A stretch of 64,000 nt of DNA from Octopus sinensis (Eukaryota): NCBI RefSeq assembly GCF_006345805.1, contig NC_043004.1, forward strand, positions 61,132,001 through 61,196,000. Reading direction: 5' to 3'. Both the position numbers and the translations under genes were made by a program. The notes beneath the pieces are model-generated. The model was not told the DNA's origin, did no database searches, and saw only the letters and a program-made list of their open reading frames with translations. Positions 1-12,734 of this stretch are shown here, piece by piece (position 1 is the first letter of the stretch; every line of letters starts with the position of its first letter).

Positions 1-284
1 TAAGCAAACCAACACCAGTTTGTCAGACAAAAAGGGACAAAGTCATCCCATCTCACACGTGGATGTGCGTGTGTGTGTATGTAGACACACACACACACAT
101 ATGTATATATGTATGTGTGTTAGTGACAGGCTATCATGCATTGCCCGCATAGCGAATTCACTCACAAGACATTTATCTGCTCGAGGCTTAAGCAGAAGAC
201 ATCAAACAAAAGATCCACGCAGTGAAACTGAACGCGAAACAGGTTATAATGCTAGCTTCCTACCAAACAACCAAGCCTGCGCCC
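1..284 (-). mobile_element. Diverged tRNA-derived SINE (family A), cut by the window edge
   Basis: The reverse complement begins GGCGCAGGCTTGGTTGTTTGGTAGG and is colinear with the family A copies at 3957, 17733, 35753 and 42584, including the internal CA/TA microsatellite. Confidence 0.7.
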
Positions 285-1407
285 ATGTCACTGAGTTAAA
301 AGTGAACCATGATCAAGCAGATTATAATGAATCGTATTTATATTTTTAACATTTTATTGTTAATCCCCGGTGTATTTTACCCAAGATTAAGTTGTCCATC
401 GTTTTCATATTTAAAATTTGTATATGATCTGAAATAGTTTTGGATGCTAAGACTAGTAGGTCATATGCATCCGTATGTCAATATTGCTTAAACTTTATGA
501 TTCCATAGTGTACTAGATATCAAAAAAAAAGAAAAAAAACACAAGTTTAATTTGCATAGAGTGCTTCTGAAAACGCTTTAAATTAGAAATTTAAAAAAAA
601 AGCTTCGCAAACTGTTTACCTTATGCCATTTATCATTTATAGGTGACATTTGATCGTAATTGACTTTACATAGTTTTTTAAAAGTTGGAAATAAACAGCC
701 TTTCATTTCTTCTCAGTACACTGGATACATTTTTCAACTTTTATTCCTGATCAATAAACAAAATATTAATTCACTGAAATATGACGTTTCACATTGAATG
801 AAAATAAAGATTTTTATTAACTACTGAAAGATATCCGTTAACGATGACATGCCAACACTTTTACAAGAAACAGTTCTTCGTATTTAATTTTTAGTAAACG
901 ATCAATAGATTCAATTATTCTTCTTGAGAGAATTTCAAACCAGCATCAGTTGGAAATTACATGAAAATCTTGAAACTAAAAATGTTCCATGTTAAATTAT
1001 TAAAAAATCTCAATCTCAATTTCTCTTCTAGAATTGTCAAGATCTCAACTGTGAAAGGAGTAATTTCTATTATATGAGAGAATTTCTAAGGAAATATTTC
1101 CCCAATAATTATCTTCAGAAAAAAAAAAACCCAGCATAAAACACATATGAGCGATGTGATTGACCGATAACATCGGTTTCTTTGAAACATATTGATAGTT
1201 TACTTTCAATATATTTGTAAAAGAGATTTTTCTCGGAATAATATAGCATTATTTAACATCCTAAAGGATATAATTAAATATTTTCGTATTTCCTTTATAG
1301 ACAACGCATTGCACATTTTGCCAAATTGCTCAATTGTACTGCAAAAATAATTAACAAATATGTATTGGATTATTGAGTAATCTTTATGCAAACCATACAC
1401 ACACACA

Positions 1408-1477
<70 letters not shown>

Positions 1478-1639
1478 GCCGACGAGAATGTATCGTAGGT
1501 TTTCGCTCTGATATTCGAAACTCCGAGTACTATAATGGCAATATTTTACTGTTTGCTCTAAATTATAACATATATAAATAATCCTATATTTATCTACTTT
1601 CGAAGTCTCATTCTTATGTTGTTACTTATTATTATTATA

Positions 1640-3070
1640 ATTGCCTTTGCACAGTTCTAACGCTGGAGATATACTACAGTGTCAGCTGTTCACTACCAGT
1701 GAACTAAGGTAAGACCTCTTATTTTTCATGCATCTTCCGGAATATTCGAGCGGTTCCAAACAGTGCTGTTTTCTGCAAGTGCTCCACCCTTATTCCAGTC
1801 CTTATTTGTTCCACATACTTCTCGAGATTTTTGCTCACTCTTCCCAAGGCTCCGACAATTATTGGTACTACTGCTACCTTTTTCATCGACCACAACTGCT
1901 TAACCTCCCAAGCTAACCTGTTATATCTCTCGAAATTTCTTTCTTCCTTGTCGCATACCTTGTTATCAGTTGGTCATGCTATATCTATGATCCAGCATAG
2001 TTTACTTTCTTTGTCAATTAAGACTATGTCGGGCTTCCTATTCTCTATCTCATAATCGCACTGAATCATAAAATCCTTAGGATCTTGGCATTTTTATTTT
2101 CGACGATGCCTTCAGGTTTGTGGTTGTACAATGTTTTTTGCTCTGTCAAGTCTATACTTATTGCAGAGGGTCCAATGGACAAGCCTGGTTATATTGTCGT
2201 GGCGTCCCTTATATTCCTTCTGGGCTAGTAGCGTACATTGGCTGGTAATCATACGGTTTCACCGTTTTATCCAAATATTTTGCACTTACCACTTTCTGCT
2301 GTGTTGTCTATTCTGCATTTTATGTAGTTTATTCTTAGTACTTGTTCTTAGGCAGCACAGATTAGAGCCTCAGTTTCCGGTTTTAAATCCCTTTTAGTCA
2401 TCCACAGCGATCTTTTTTCTCTGTCTGTCTTATCTCCAACATTCCTATGAAATTGACCATGCATTCTTTTCTTTATCCACCAATTTTCAGTTTCATTCGT
2501 TTTCAATTCCTTGTATAGTGCTTTCTCTTTGCAATCTTTCATCCTACAAAAACCTGACTTCTTACTTCTAATAATAGCGATTTTTACATACCATGCTATA
2601 TAATTTTCTTCTGCTCTAATGCTGTGTTCGCATCCAATAAGTCCTCTTCCTCCTCTTTTTCTTGGAACATGCCATCTATCTGTGTCACTTTTTGAGTGGA
2701 GTGACCCATATCTAGATAGCAACATACTTGTCTTTCTGTCTAAGCTGTTTAGTTCGTCTGCTGTCCATGCGATTACCCCTGCTCCATATCTAAGGAGTGA
2801 AACCACCCAGACGTTGATAGCTTCGATCTTATTTCCGTCCATTTAATTTCAACTTAAGGCTCAGTCTCAATCTGCGCAAGTACTCCGCCTTAAATGTTCC
2901 TGTCATTTCTTTCTCCATCGATTTATCCATTTCCCAAACCCCCAAGTACTTATAGCTCATCGCTTCTATCTGCTTTATAACATCCCCCGACGGTATCGTT
3001 AGCCCATATATACATTGATTTTGCCTCTCTTCAAGACCACCACACTTTCTCAGTCAGAACTCCATTCCAA
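1640..3070 (-). mobile_element. Decayed R4/Dong-clade RLE non-LTR retrotransposon (RT thumb to RLE C-terminus)
   Basis: ORF 2348-2842 has IEAINVWVVSLLRY, HSKSDTDRWHVPRKRGGRGL and LKPETEALICAA, which match the 19-22 kb copy. Downstream frames give WIIDIA*PTD, VVPIIVGALG and LQKTALFGTARIFRK. The 3' end abuts a short ATT run at about 1626-1640. Confidence 0.85.
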
Positions 3071-3079
3071 TATCAGCAC

Positions 3080-3775
3080 TGAAGATATATACCGTTTCAA
3101 CGAGGGAACTGACTTGGCTTCATCTTTACCATAAAGTCTGAGGTTTACGCAAAGTTGCAGAATGTGTATGGAGAGGAGTGTATGAGCCGCACACAAGTGT
3201 ACGAATGGTTCAGACAGTTCCAAAGATGGCCGAAAAAATGTCGATATTGATGAACGTTTTGGAAGAAACGTGACCAGCTGAATAGAGAAAGACAGATGTG
3301 CGCGCAGCTGTGAGGTCAAATCATTGAATCATCATCCGTGTGTTATCAGAGTAGTTTCAGATTAATTACGGTTCAGTTCAGTCTATTATGACTGAAGATT
3401 TGGCTATGAGGCGCGTGTCTGCCAAGCTTGTTCCAAAATTGCGTTCAGCTGACCAAAAAGACACTCGGATTTCAGTTACACAAAATCTCATTGATTGTGT
3501 CGAGAACGATGAAAGCTTTTTGAAAATTTTTCGTAGGCCTCTGAACAGACATCGCTAATCTTTTGGCAAAATTTGATACAGATTCTCAGCTCAAAATTAC
3601 TTACACATGGTACTTCGAATCACTGCTGTAAACAGCGGAAGTGAGGTAGAATGCTAGATTTTAGTGCGCATGCACCAGATAGCTCAATTCCTATCTGTAC
3701 CTAGCGGCTTTACTCTACATGCTCTAGCTTCATTACTATCGCAATAGTCCGGATACTTATTGATCAGCCCACGTA
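3080..3775 (+). mobile_element. Mariner transposase remnant with right TIR
   Basis: Broken frames read CVYGEECMSRTQVYEWF and SIMTEDLAMRRVSAKLVPKL, matching the mariner HTH region and WVPHEL-equivalent motif. The end CCGGATACTTATTGATCAGCCCACG-TA is TIR-like and followed by TA. Confidence 0.8.
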
Positions 3776-3805
3776 TATACATATAAACACATATGCACAC
3801 ATATA

Positions 3806-3848
<43 letters not shown>

Positions 3849-3956
3849 GGGTTTGTATGATTGTGTATAGAGAGATATAATTCAAAGGAATTCCAACTCT
3901 GTTTTTATGTTTTATTTATATTCTTTATAATATTAATGTAGAATATAGAATATATA

Positions 3957-4325
3957 GGCGCAGGAGTGGCTGTGTGGTAAGTAGCTTGCTAACCAACCAC
4001 ACGGTTGCGGGTTCAGTCCCACTGCGTGGCATCTTGGGCAAGTGTCTTCTGCTATAGCCCCGGGCCGACCAATGCCTTGTGAGTGGATTTGGTAGACGGA
4101 AACTGAAAGAAGCCTGTCGTATATATGTATATATATGTATATGTGTGTGTGTTTGTGTGTCTGTTTTTGTCCCCCTAGCGTTGCTTGACAACCGATGCTG
4201 GTATGTTTACGTCCCCGTCACTTAGCGGTTCGGCAAAAAGAGACCGATAGAATAAGTACTAAAAGGTGGTGCTCCAGCATGGCCGCAGTCAAATGACTGA
4301 AACAAGTAAAAGAGTAAGAGTAAAG
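3957..4325 (+). mobile_element. tRNA-derived SINE (family A)
   Basis: The head GGCGCAGGAGTGGCTGTGTGGTAAG...GGGTTCAGTCCC carries A- and B-box-like motifs, followed by an internal TA/TG microsatellite and a GTAAAAGA-repeat tail. There are about 10 copies in the window. Confidence 0.9.
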
Positions 4326-5484
4326 AGATATAGCATAAATAATATATATAGTAAAATGAAATGAAGTATTGATTGTCTTATTGAATAGATGAAATATTGA
4401 ATATAAAATAGTATACTTTCTTGCCTTAAAACAGTCTTCAAGGTCCCAGGTTGTGACAGGAATACACTCACGCATGCATTTATGAACCAAATACCAGCAC
4501 ATACATGTGCGTACGCATATACGCAGACATACTCCACCCTATCTTCCCCACACACTGACACAAATGTATGCTTTCATCTACACACGCACACATGCACACA
4601 TACTTGCACACATTCGAATACACATTCCTGCATCCTGATTAGATCTATGCATCTCTGCCACCTCATTAATTTTTGAAGCAGTAATTAATCTTTGGCTTAT
4701 GTTATTATTAATATATATCTGCATTGTAAGGTTACATATATGAACTTGAATATCTGTTGTAAAGATATAGAAACGCATGTTTTTGGCTCATTAGATATGT
4801 TACTTTAGTTTAGAGGCTATGATCTAATACCTTTTACTTTGCATATTTTAGTGACTCACAGCTGTGTTCTAAAAGTATCATGTAGGAACATAGATAAGAA
4901 TAACTGTGTGGATTTTTTGGTCTTTTTAGTGAATCGTCAATTACGGTTTTTGAAAAAGCTATACTCTAGTTACTTACTGTTGCGTTCTGAAAGCGTTACT
5001 ATATATGAGTATATGTGTACACCTGTAGGTGTGGGTGGGTGCACGCGTGTATGTGTATATATATAAATATATATATATGTATGTAGGTGCCAACGTGTAT
5101 GCATATGTATAAGTACATGTACTTATGGATGTGTGTATGTATAAGCATATATGTATGTGTGAGTGTATGTATGCATGTATGTATGTATATACGGACGTAG
5201 GGATGAGTAATTGACCATCGGTGATATCAATTTGAAACGAGTGACACTGTTTGCGAGCTGAGCTGCCCTAGTCTTCAGATGACTATAATGACAGACTTTT
5301 GGCGAGCTTGTCTTCCAACCATAACTTATATAAATTACGGCCGAAATCGACCATGTGGGCCGCTGGGCCAACGTCACTTCTGTAAGTGTATGCACGAGTG
5401 GGTGTGTGTGTGAATGCGTGCATACGCATCCCGACCTAAGCTAACTTGTTAAACAACCTTTCGTTGCCCTAGACATTCTAGAGT

Positions 5485-5534
<50 letters not shown>

Positions 5535-6149
5535 ACACACATATATATATATTCTGTTGTGTCTGGGGAGAGTCATTTTCTTGGTGTGCCTTATAATGTA
5601 ACACGCTCACCGTAAAATTTCCACTTTTTTCTTATTTTTATTTTCCTAACATTTTCGTTGCGTCTTGCAACCTTTTCAATAGTTTTGACTCTGTCCGTTA
5701 TTTACACTGCGTTCCCTTTTGTTTCCTTGTGCGCATGTATGTGTGTCAGTGTGTGTATATATATGTATATGGTGATTCACAAAGATGCAGAAATGACGTT
5801 CTCCAAATGAATATAGTAAAGTAATCCAATGGTAGAAAGAAATCCACGAATTAGATACTCCAAAGTAGTCGAAAGGACGGGTTCCGTGTGAGCGTGCAAT
5901 AAATAGTTATTTAAAAAACGCAGAAAAAGACACGAAAATATCTACAACGTCTGTACGTATCACATGTAACGTATCAATAAGACGCTCAGAGAAAGAAAAG
6001 AGTGGTTGATTTACGTTTCGATCATGTCTCTTTTCGGAAATAGGAGACATAGGAAATCCTAAAAATAGGAGGAAATAATCGCTAACAGTCCACGTGTAGT
6101 TAAAATTTTGAAATGACCATAAATGGGACAAAGACAAAGTAGTTTCTGG

Positions 6150-6880
6150 GACAGGAGAGGTTGAAGAATGGTTGGTATCTGTGTGCATGTATGTGTGGCA
6201 GTAACTGAGTGTATGTCTATGATAGCATGTGTATGTGTGGTGGTAACTGTGTGTATAATGAGGGTAGTGCAAGATCAGCGCCTATAGTGATAGGAATGTG
6301 TATGGGTGGGTGAGGCAGTTGGTGTGTATGCGTGTTTTAGCGTAAATGTGCGTAGATGGAATGGGCAATAATGTATTGAGGCAGTCTCCATGGTGTATGA
6401 GATGCAGTCTGATGCATTCTGAAGTGTCACTGTGTGGACGGGTGAGGGTGGCTGTGTGTGCACTGCGTGTCTGTGTTGCGTGTGGATGTGTGTGAGTGCG
6501 TGTGGATGTGTGTGAGTGCGTGTGCGTATGTGTGAGCATGTGTGTGTGTAAGTGCGTGTGTGCGCGCGGCTGTATGTGGTGTTTGTGATGGATGTGTATG
6601 TGGTGTGTGTGATGTATGTGCGGTGTGTGTGTGGTGTGTGTGGTGTTTGTGTTGCGTGTGCGTGGTATGTGTGGTGTGTGGTGTATGTGTGATGTATGTG
6701 GTGTGTGAGGTGTGTATGGTGCGTGGTGTGTGTGTGGTGTGTGTGTGTGTGGTGTGTCGTATGTATTGTGTGGTATAGGGACCGTTAGACAGACAGGCAG
6801 ACAGATATATAGATGATAGATAGATATAGATATAGATAGATACAAATATACTTACATACATACATACATACATATGAAAG
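6150..6880. repeat. Complex (GT/GGT/TATG) low-complexity microsatellite tract
   Basis: Visible directly; it accounts for the His/Thr- and Cys/Val-rich ORFs at 6282-6873. Confidence 0.9.
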
Positions 6881-7357
6881 AAAGTGTACTTTTAGTTGCA
6901 GGTACAAATATTTACTAATAAGTTTACTCAATAGTTATAGATTTGTAAGCGCAGACAATGCCTACCTTCTTAGATCTACAGCTGGAGTTTGGCGAGTTGT
7001 TAAACAATTTTTTTATATGCTGCTATCTAGATGTGAATATTTGGGGGTCCATCGGTCATGTCATGGAATGTGCATAGTATATCCAGCGAGTAGTAACACT
7101 CCTTTCACTACAAGCGCCACGTCCTAGAAAAGACGTGACGCTAGAGTAACATAGCTGGATTTTTGTAAATAACAACGACAGTTTAGTGATATACTGAGAT
7201 AAAAAAAAAAAATATTGGTCACAGGTTACTTAGTAGCTATTGTAACGAGCATGAGTACACGATATAAGTATCTCCTGATGAATATATTATCCAGTGTTAG
7301 TACACTAGGATATAATCTACATACAGGCTTAAAGGGAATATATGCATTGCAATTGTA

Positions 7358-7924
7358 TTGGGTTGTCCGGAAAGTTTGTGCCGATTTATAATAGCTTACC
7401 TGTCGACTAATTTTAGAACATGGCTGAGTCCATAAAACAGGATTTGTCTACACCTCCATTTAGAACACAGTTTAAGCTACCTTTTCGAGGAAGAAGTTTT
7501 ATGTTCCTATAACCGGTGTTAATTCTGTAACTCTCTAAAATGGAAGATAAGAAAGTTCATTTTCGGCACTTGATGATTTGGGAAGCAGACAAAAATTGCT
7601 GCAGCTCGGCTGGGATGTGTTACCCCACCCTCCATATTCACCAGATATTACTCCTTCGGATTTCCACTGATTCACGTCTGTGCAGAAAAGTTTTAATGGT
7701 AAAAATGTCAATTCCTTGGATGACGTAAAAAGATACATCGATGAATTCTTTGCCATGAAACCACCTCACTTCTGGGAAGAGGGTATTTTCAAGTTAAAGG
7801 AAAGATGGAGACGCATTGTGCGACAAAATGTTTCATATTTGGTTGATTAAAAAATGTAATGGCAAGTATTTATTGACCATTTTCTTTACTTTAAAAATCG
7901 GCATGAACTTCCCAGACAATCCAA
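7358..7924 (+). mobile_element. Internally deleted non-autonomous mariner element (567 bp)
   Basis: 30-bp TIRs at 7358-7387 and 7895-7924 (25/30 match) with TA on both sides. The interior fuses the transposase N-terminus MEDKKVHFRHLM to the C-terminus PHPPYSPDITPSDFH...FWEEGIFKLKERW. Confidence 0.92.
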
Positions 7925-7989
7925 TACTTTGGCCATTCAGACATAATAGAGATAATTCAGTGTCATCAGTAGTACTACTTTGACGTTCC

Positions 7990-8143
7990 TTAACAAAGTA
8001 TCTGATTCCTATGAAAGATACGGCAGTCCCTTCCAATATACAGATTGTCATTGCCGTAGAGTTTGTGATAATAATTTCCAGGTGAGTATAAGGAATCCCT
8101 CTCACAGATGATTGAGGCGATGCTCCTTTTAGTCACTGTTTCG
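7990..8143 (-). CDS. Candidate terminal coding exon of an unidentified gene (ETVTKRSIASIICERDSLYSPGNYYHKLYGNDNLYIGRDCRIFHRNQILC*)
   Basis: Pyrimidine-rich acceptor TTCTTTGTCTCGCTTCGTCTAG, open frame to TAA at 7992-7990, and phase 2 matching the upstream exon across an 84-nt GT-AG intron (8227-8144). No homology recognised. Confidence 0.45.
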
Positions 8144-8227
8144 CTAGACGAAGCGAGACAAAGAACTAGAATTTTCTGTCTCTTAATATGAAAGATCGCA
8201 TGTAGCGTATAAATCACTTGAAATTAC

Positions 8228-8347
8228 CTGTTGTTACACCCATTTTGTCTCCTGACACTATCAGATGAAGTAGGGGTGACACTATAAAAGACTCTACTTT
8301 GAGCTGCAGTGTCTATCCACTGGCGGTCAGTGAAATTTCTGCAGGTG
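8228..8347 (-). CDS. Candidate internal coding exon (TCRNFTDRQWIDTAAQSRVFYSVTPTSSDSVRRQNGCNN), 120 nt
   Basis: Acceptor CATCTCTATCAG and donor CAG|GTAATT flank an open frame that joins the next exon in frame. The plus-strand AG/GT reading of the same segment is closed in all frames. Confidence 0.45.
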
Positions 8348-8639
8348 CTGATAGAGATGCAGATTAAAACTTCGTAGATGAGCGTTTGTTTCGATTATAA
8401 CGTGCAGCAATGGAAGCAATTTCTAAGAATAAGTAGATAAGCTTGTCTACGATATATATGTACACATACACACACACACTCACTCACCCACACACACACA
8501 CACAGATGGAAAAGTAATCTGTATACCTTAGTTAACATGGATATACTAATAGAAATACAATCCAGCGGTATTCGTCTTGCGAAGACATCATATACAGACC
8601 AACTGAATCCATAGTCAGTTAACACTTCTCAAATCCTCT

Positions 8640-9290
8640 AAACGCAGATCATTGTCTAACGTGATTGCAACCTTGGCTCGGCTCTTGTTAATGCTTGGTT
8701 GTCGGAATTCAGCCACTGTTTCCTCTCCTTTATATTAACGTAAAAACATTATATATGTTTTCACACAGGTGAAAAATGAGGTAAATTTCTGTTTGTGTCC
8801 TAGACCAACTGAGTATCGAATGAAGAACCTAGCAGAGATAGAGGAGCGCTGGAATTCGTATCTTTCGTTCAAAATGTGAATCACATATTCACCAAGTTTC
8901 TGGACCTTCATCACTGGGGGATGAAGGGGAACAGTATCATGAGAGCATCCTTCGTGGATTGATGCGGTTCCATGTGGATGGCCGCGTTCAACAAATCCTT
9001 ATTGAATTAAACATGTCGGCCGGAACATGGACGGGCTGTGGGATTCAGTTTCCTTTTTGAAGTTAAGAAAGCCATTTCTGTGCAGTTCGTTCGGTAAAAT
9101 TGCCTCCTCTCTATGCAACATAGATGTCTCGTGCAGCTTTGGTAGGTTTGGAATCGTAATTGGATGCGAAGAGAAGAATGTGTTGAAAATACTAATTTTT
9201 CTGTGCTCGGCATTCCAACGACATATGTATGAAGAAATGTTAAATTTATTCACATCTCAAAAGTTATAAACAAAATTTGTAAAGGAAAAA
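8640..9290 (-). mobile_element. Decayed mariner transposase fragment
   Basis: Frames read RNGFLNFKKETESHSPSMFRP (cf. WF.KFR.G...LED..RSGRP) and MKVQKLGEYVIHILNERYEFQR (cf. KL..WVPHEL). Confidence 0.6.
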
Positions 9291-9398
9291 GAGGGCTACA
9301 AATAAAAAGCAAAAGAAGTCATCACTAACAGAATAACATTTCCTGTATTAATTCAATTAACATTAGAAAAAGAAAAAGAGAATTTATGTGTAAATTCA

Positions 9399-9442
<44 letters not shown>

Positions 9443-9779
9443 CTACCTACATACACAGATGCATGTGTGTGCGTCTGTATGTGTATGTGTACACCCAGAA
9501 GTATCCAGGCATACACACACAGATATTACTCCAATTGAAAAACATCAATTTAAAATTTCATTAAATATTAAGCATTTCAATACGCCGAATACGCTGATTG
9601 AATAAACTCGAATATAGAAAATTTTCCTTCAGTTACAAGAATTATAGTCGCAATCAGAAAATTTGTTTGAAGGAAAGTTATAACAAAAGCAATATATTTG
9701 ACAACAAAAACAACAACAACAACAATTATAATCTTTATACTAAAAGCGCGCGGCCTGGAATTTTGGGAGCGTGTGCCGC

Positions 9780-9939
9780 TGGATTACATCAACCCAGTGC
9801 GTGACTGGTACTTATTTCATCTACCTCGAAAGGATGAAAGGCAAAATCAACGTCGGTAGAATTTGAACTAAGAACGTAAAGACGAAAGAAATGCTGCTAA
9901 GTATTTGGCCCAGCTTGTTAATGATTCTGGCAGCTCGCC
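9780..9939 (-). mobile_element. SINE family B (GGCGAGCTGGCAGAA head)
   Basis: The reverse complement is colinear with the copies at 18792, 32298 and 45493. Confidence 0.8.
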
Positions 9940-9957
9940 AATTTTGATGAGGAAATC

Positions 9958-9984
9958 ATAATAATAATAATAATAATAATAATG

Positions 9985-10046
<62 letters not shown>
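9958..10046. repeat. (TAA)n microsatellite
   Basis: Visible directly; it flanks the R4/Dong fragment. Confidence 0.95.
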
Positions 10047-10048
<2 letters not shown>

Positions 10049-10705
10049 CTGCAGAATGTGTGGAGATGAACAAGAAACAATAAATCATATTATCTCTGGC
10101 TGCCCAATCCTGGCTAAGAAGGAATATATTCACAGACATGACAGAGTTGGAACCTACATACATTGGAAGCTATGCCAACATTATGGAATAACAACAGAAA
10201 AAAGATGGTATAGGCACACACCAGAAAAGGTCACAGAAAACGAGAAAGCAACAATACTCTGGGATATGCCGATACACACAGATAGAGAAATTAAGGCCAA
10301 CATACCAGATATAGTTGTCAGAGATCATGAAGAAAAAAATGCTTTCTAATTGATGTATCAATACCGGCAGATGACAACGTGTCTCTAAAAGAAATGCAGA
10401 AACTTTCAAAATACAAAGACTTGGAAATAGAGGTAACCAGAATGTGGAATCTAAAAACAGAAACAATTCCTATCATAGTAGGTGCATTAGGCATGATAAA
10501 AAAATATTCAGACAAATACATAACAAAAACACCAGGACTTACAAACACATATAACATACAGAAAATTGCACTACTAGGCACTGCACACATCCTACGCAGA
10601 ACACTTTCCATACAATAACCATCAGAGCATCACAACAAATCACAGCACATACCAATGTCACACAGAGCTGCGCTCGATAGTGAAAATAAAAATAAAACTA
10701 CTGAA
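10047..10705 (+). mobile_element. 5'-truncated R4/Dong-clade retrotransposon (CCHC knuckle, RLE endonuclease, 3' UTR)
   Basis: CRMCGDEQETINHIISGC...RHD (CCHC), ILWDMPIHTDREIKANIPDIVV and KYKDLEIEV...PIIVGALG...GTAHILRR. There is one frameshift in the A-run near 10340, and TAA repeats lie on both sides. Confidence 0.92.
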
Positions 10706-11613
10706 TAATAATAATAATCATAATGTTAATGATAATACTGCAATATATGAGGGCGTTCGCAATGATATAGATATATATAGTTAATCCAAACATGAAAACA
10801 GAAAACACAACAACGCGAGGACGTGGAACAAGTATAGTGTTACTGGACGCTCAGGAAAGGAAGGAAAGAAGGAGGAATTAAAGTTTCGGCATGTCTGATG
10901 TCCGCATATAGGAAAAAAAACCTACAGCGTGAATATAGAAAGTAGAAGGCAATTCTTGTGTAAAACTACACAACGAAGACAAAGGATATGATCCTCAGTC
11001 TCTAGCGGTCCTCCAAAGGGAGGTAGCTGCCCTTTTCCAACATGTACAAAATTGCATTTCAAAAATAAACGTGTCTAACGTGTCAAAAATAAAGTGTCTA
11101 ACGGACATAATTTTTATATGTTACTTCCAGAATAACAAAAAATATATGAAGAGTCGAAGGAAATTCATTTTTATCGGATTAATATAGCTAGTAATTTTTT
11201 ATTGGTTTCAGCTCAAAGTTTCAGCCATGCTTCAGCACTGCCGCTTTGTTACGTTGTTATTATTGAGAACCTGATATGTGGTATTTGGGGAATAAGGCTG
11301 TTGGATGTTGCCACCATCGTTTATGTCTCCTACGCGAGGTAGGTTCATCTGCATATCATATTTGATATTATTTGCACATTTCTTTCTGAGAACGAGTATT
11401 CACAACTAACGAAGAAGGCATTGTTCGACTTCGAAATGACACTTTCATTAAAGTTTATTGAAAGCATTTTCTGGCTTCGATAATTGATTCTCGTATTTTA
11501 ATTTATCCATTTCTATATATATTGCAAAAATCAAATTGCCATTGAAAAATCCTTATAATTTCTCGAAATTTAATGGAATTGTAGACGAATTATGATTTCA
11601 ATTTCCTGATACA

Positions 11614-11693
<80 letters not shown>

Positions 11694-11873
11694 CCTATAT
11701 TCTTGAACATGGTTTTTCCATACGCTGTGGGAATCATTTATCATGTTAGCTGTCGTAATCTAATACATGTCTAGGTGTGTACATAAATGACGAGCGTAAT
11801 ATAAAGTCTTAAGACACACACACTCACACACACACCACTCACACACACACACACAACACACCACATACACAAG

Positions 11874-11907
<34 letters not shown>

Positions 11908-11911
<4 letters not shown>

Positions 11912-12009
11912 CGGAAACTTGAAGAGTGGAGACATGACTTTCTAAAAGATAGATGTCAGGCAGTAGTGGCCAACGGAGCCACCTCCAAGAAACAGAAATA
12001 TAGCGAGTG

Positions 12010-12013
<4 letters not shown>
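11908..12013 (+). mobile_element. Small CR1-like RT fragment embedded in (TA)n
   Basis: Translates to EWRHDFLKDRCQAVVANGATS, matching the W..FL..R.Q.VVV.G..S segment of CR1-type RT; (TA)n lies on both sides. Confidence 0.6.
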
Positions 12014-12047
<34 letters not shown>

Positions 12048-12159
12048 GCGTGTGTGTATGTGTGGGTGTGGGTGTGTATGCATATATATATATATATACA
12101 CACATATATATATACACATATATACATATGCATATATACATATGCATATATACATATAC

Positions 12160-12654
12160 CTACTTATTTATCCAAGGGGAGGCAATGCGAGCAACAACCA
12201 CAGGAAATTCACTAAATTCAAAGATAGACCAAACACATACAAATCTTACATACTAATTTATATCTAAACAGTCCGACATTTAAAAAATTTTTAAATTCAG
12301 TAATATATAAGTACAAATAAAAATATGGAATTCTGTATATCTTATATTTTGTAAGCCTGTATATATATTATATTCTATGTACTATTCGCCGGAATTTTAT
12401 TCGTCTTTTGATATGCCATATTTTTATTTTATTATCATTATATTTATTTCTCTTATTTTAACGGTTTTATGCGTGTTAAATGCAAAATTTATATTTATAA
12501 TTATATTTATATTATTACTAAATTTTTAATTTTTAAAAAATGTCGGACTGTTTAGATATAAATTAGTATATAAGATTTGTATGTGTTTGGACTATGAATT
12601 TAGTGATGTTCCTGTGGTTGTTGCTCGCATTGCCTCCTCTTGGATAAATAAGTA
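12160..12654. mobile_element. Foldback/MITE-like element with ~130-bp terminal inverted repeats
   Basis: 12160-12290 is the near reverse complement of 12520-12654 (TACTTATTTATCCAAG.GGAGGCAATGCGAGCAACAACCACAGG...AAACAGTCCGACATT). An inner IR (AAATAAAAATATGG/CCATATTTTTATTT) is also present. No coding capacity. Confidence 0.8.
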
Positions 12655-12734
12655 TATACTGCTCTTTGTACCACTTCTAATTTTCAGTCCGTTGTATATC
12701 TTGAGCGCTGTTGTCACTCTAGATATAACTTTAT

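Noticed and set aside
3957-4030. tRNA-like sequences at SINE heads (also 42230-42301)
   Set aside because: They are multi-copy, continue into SINE bodies and lack a proper acceptor stem, so they are not tRNA genes.
6282-6873. His/Thr-rich 187-aa ORF and similar ones at 43431-43751
   Set aside because: These are translations of CA/CAC low-complexity DNA.
7081-7160. Nested short inverted repeats (ATCCAGC/GCTGGAT; CACGTC/GACGTG)
   Set aside because: The stems are short and discontinuous and match no RNA family or transposon end that I can support.
7275-7320. CTGATGA followed by a hairpin
   Set aside because: No GAAA follows the stem and there is no stem III or NUH site.
11271-11348. Minus-strand exon-like segment encoding EPTSRRRHKRWWQHP (furin-like site)
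   Set aside because: The acceptor lacks a polypyrimidine tract, the donor is weak and two frames are equally open.
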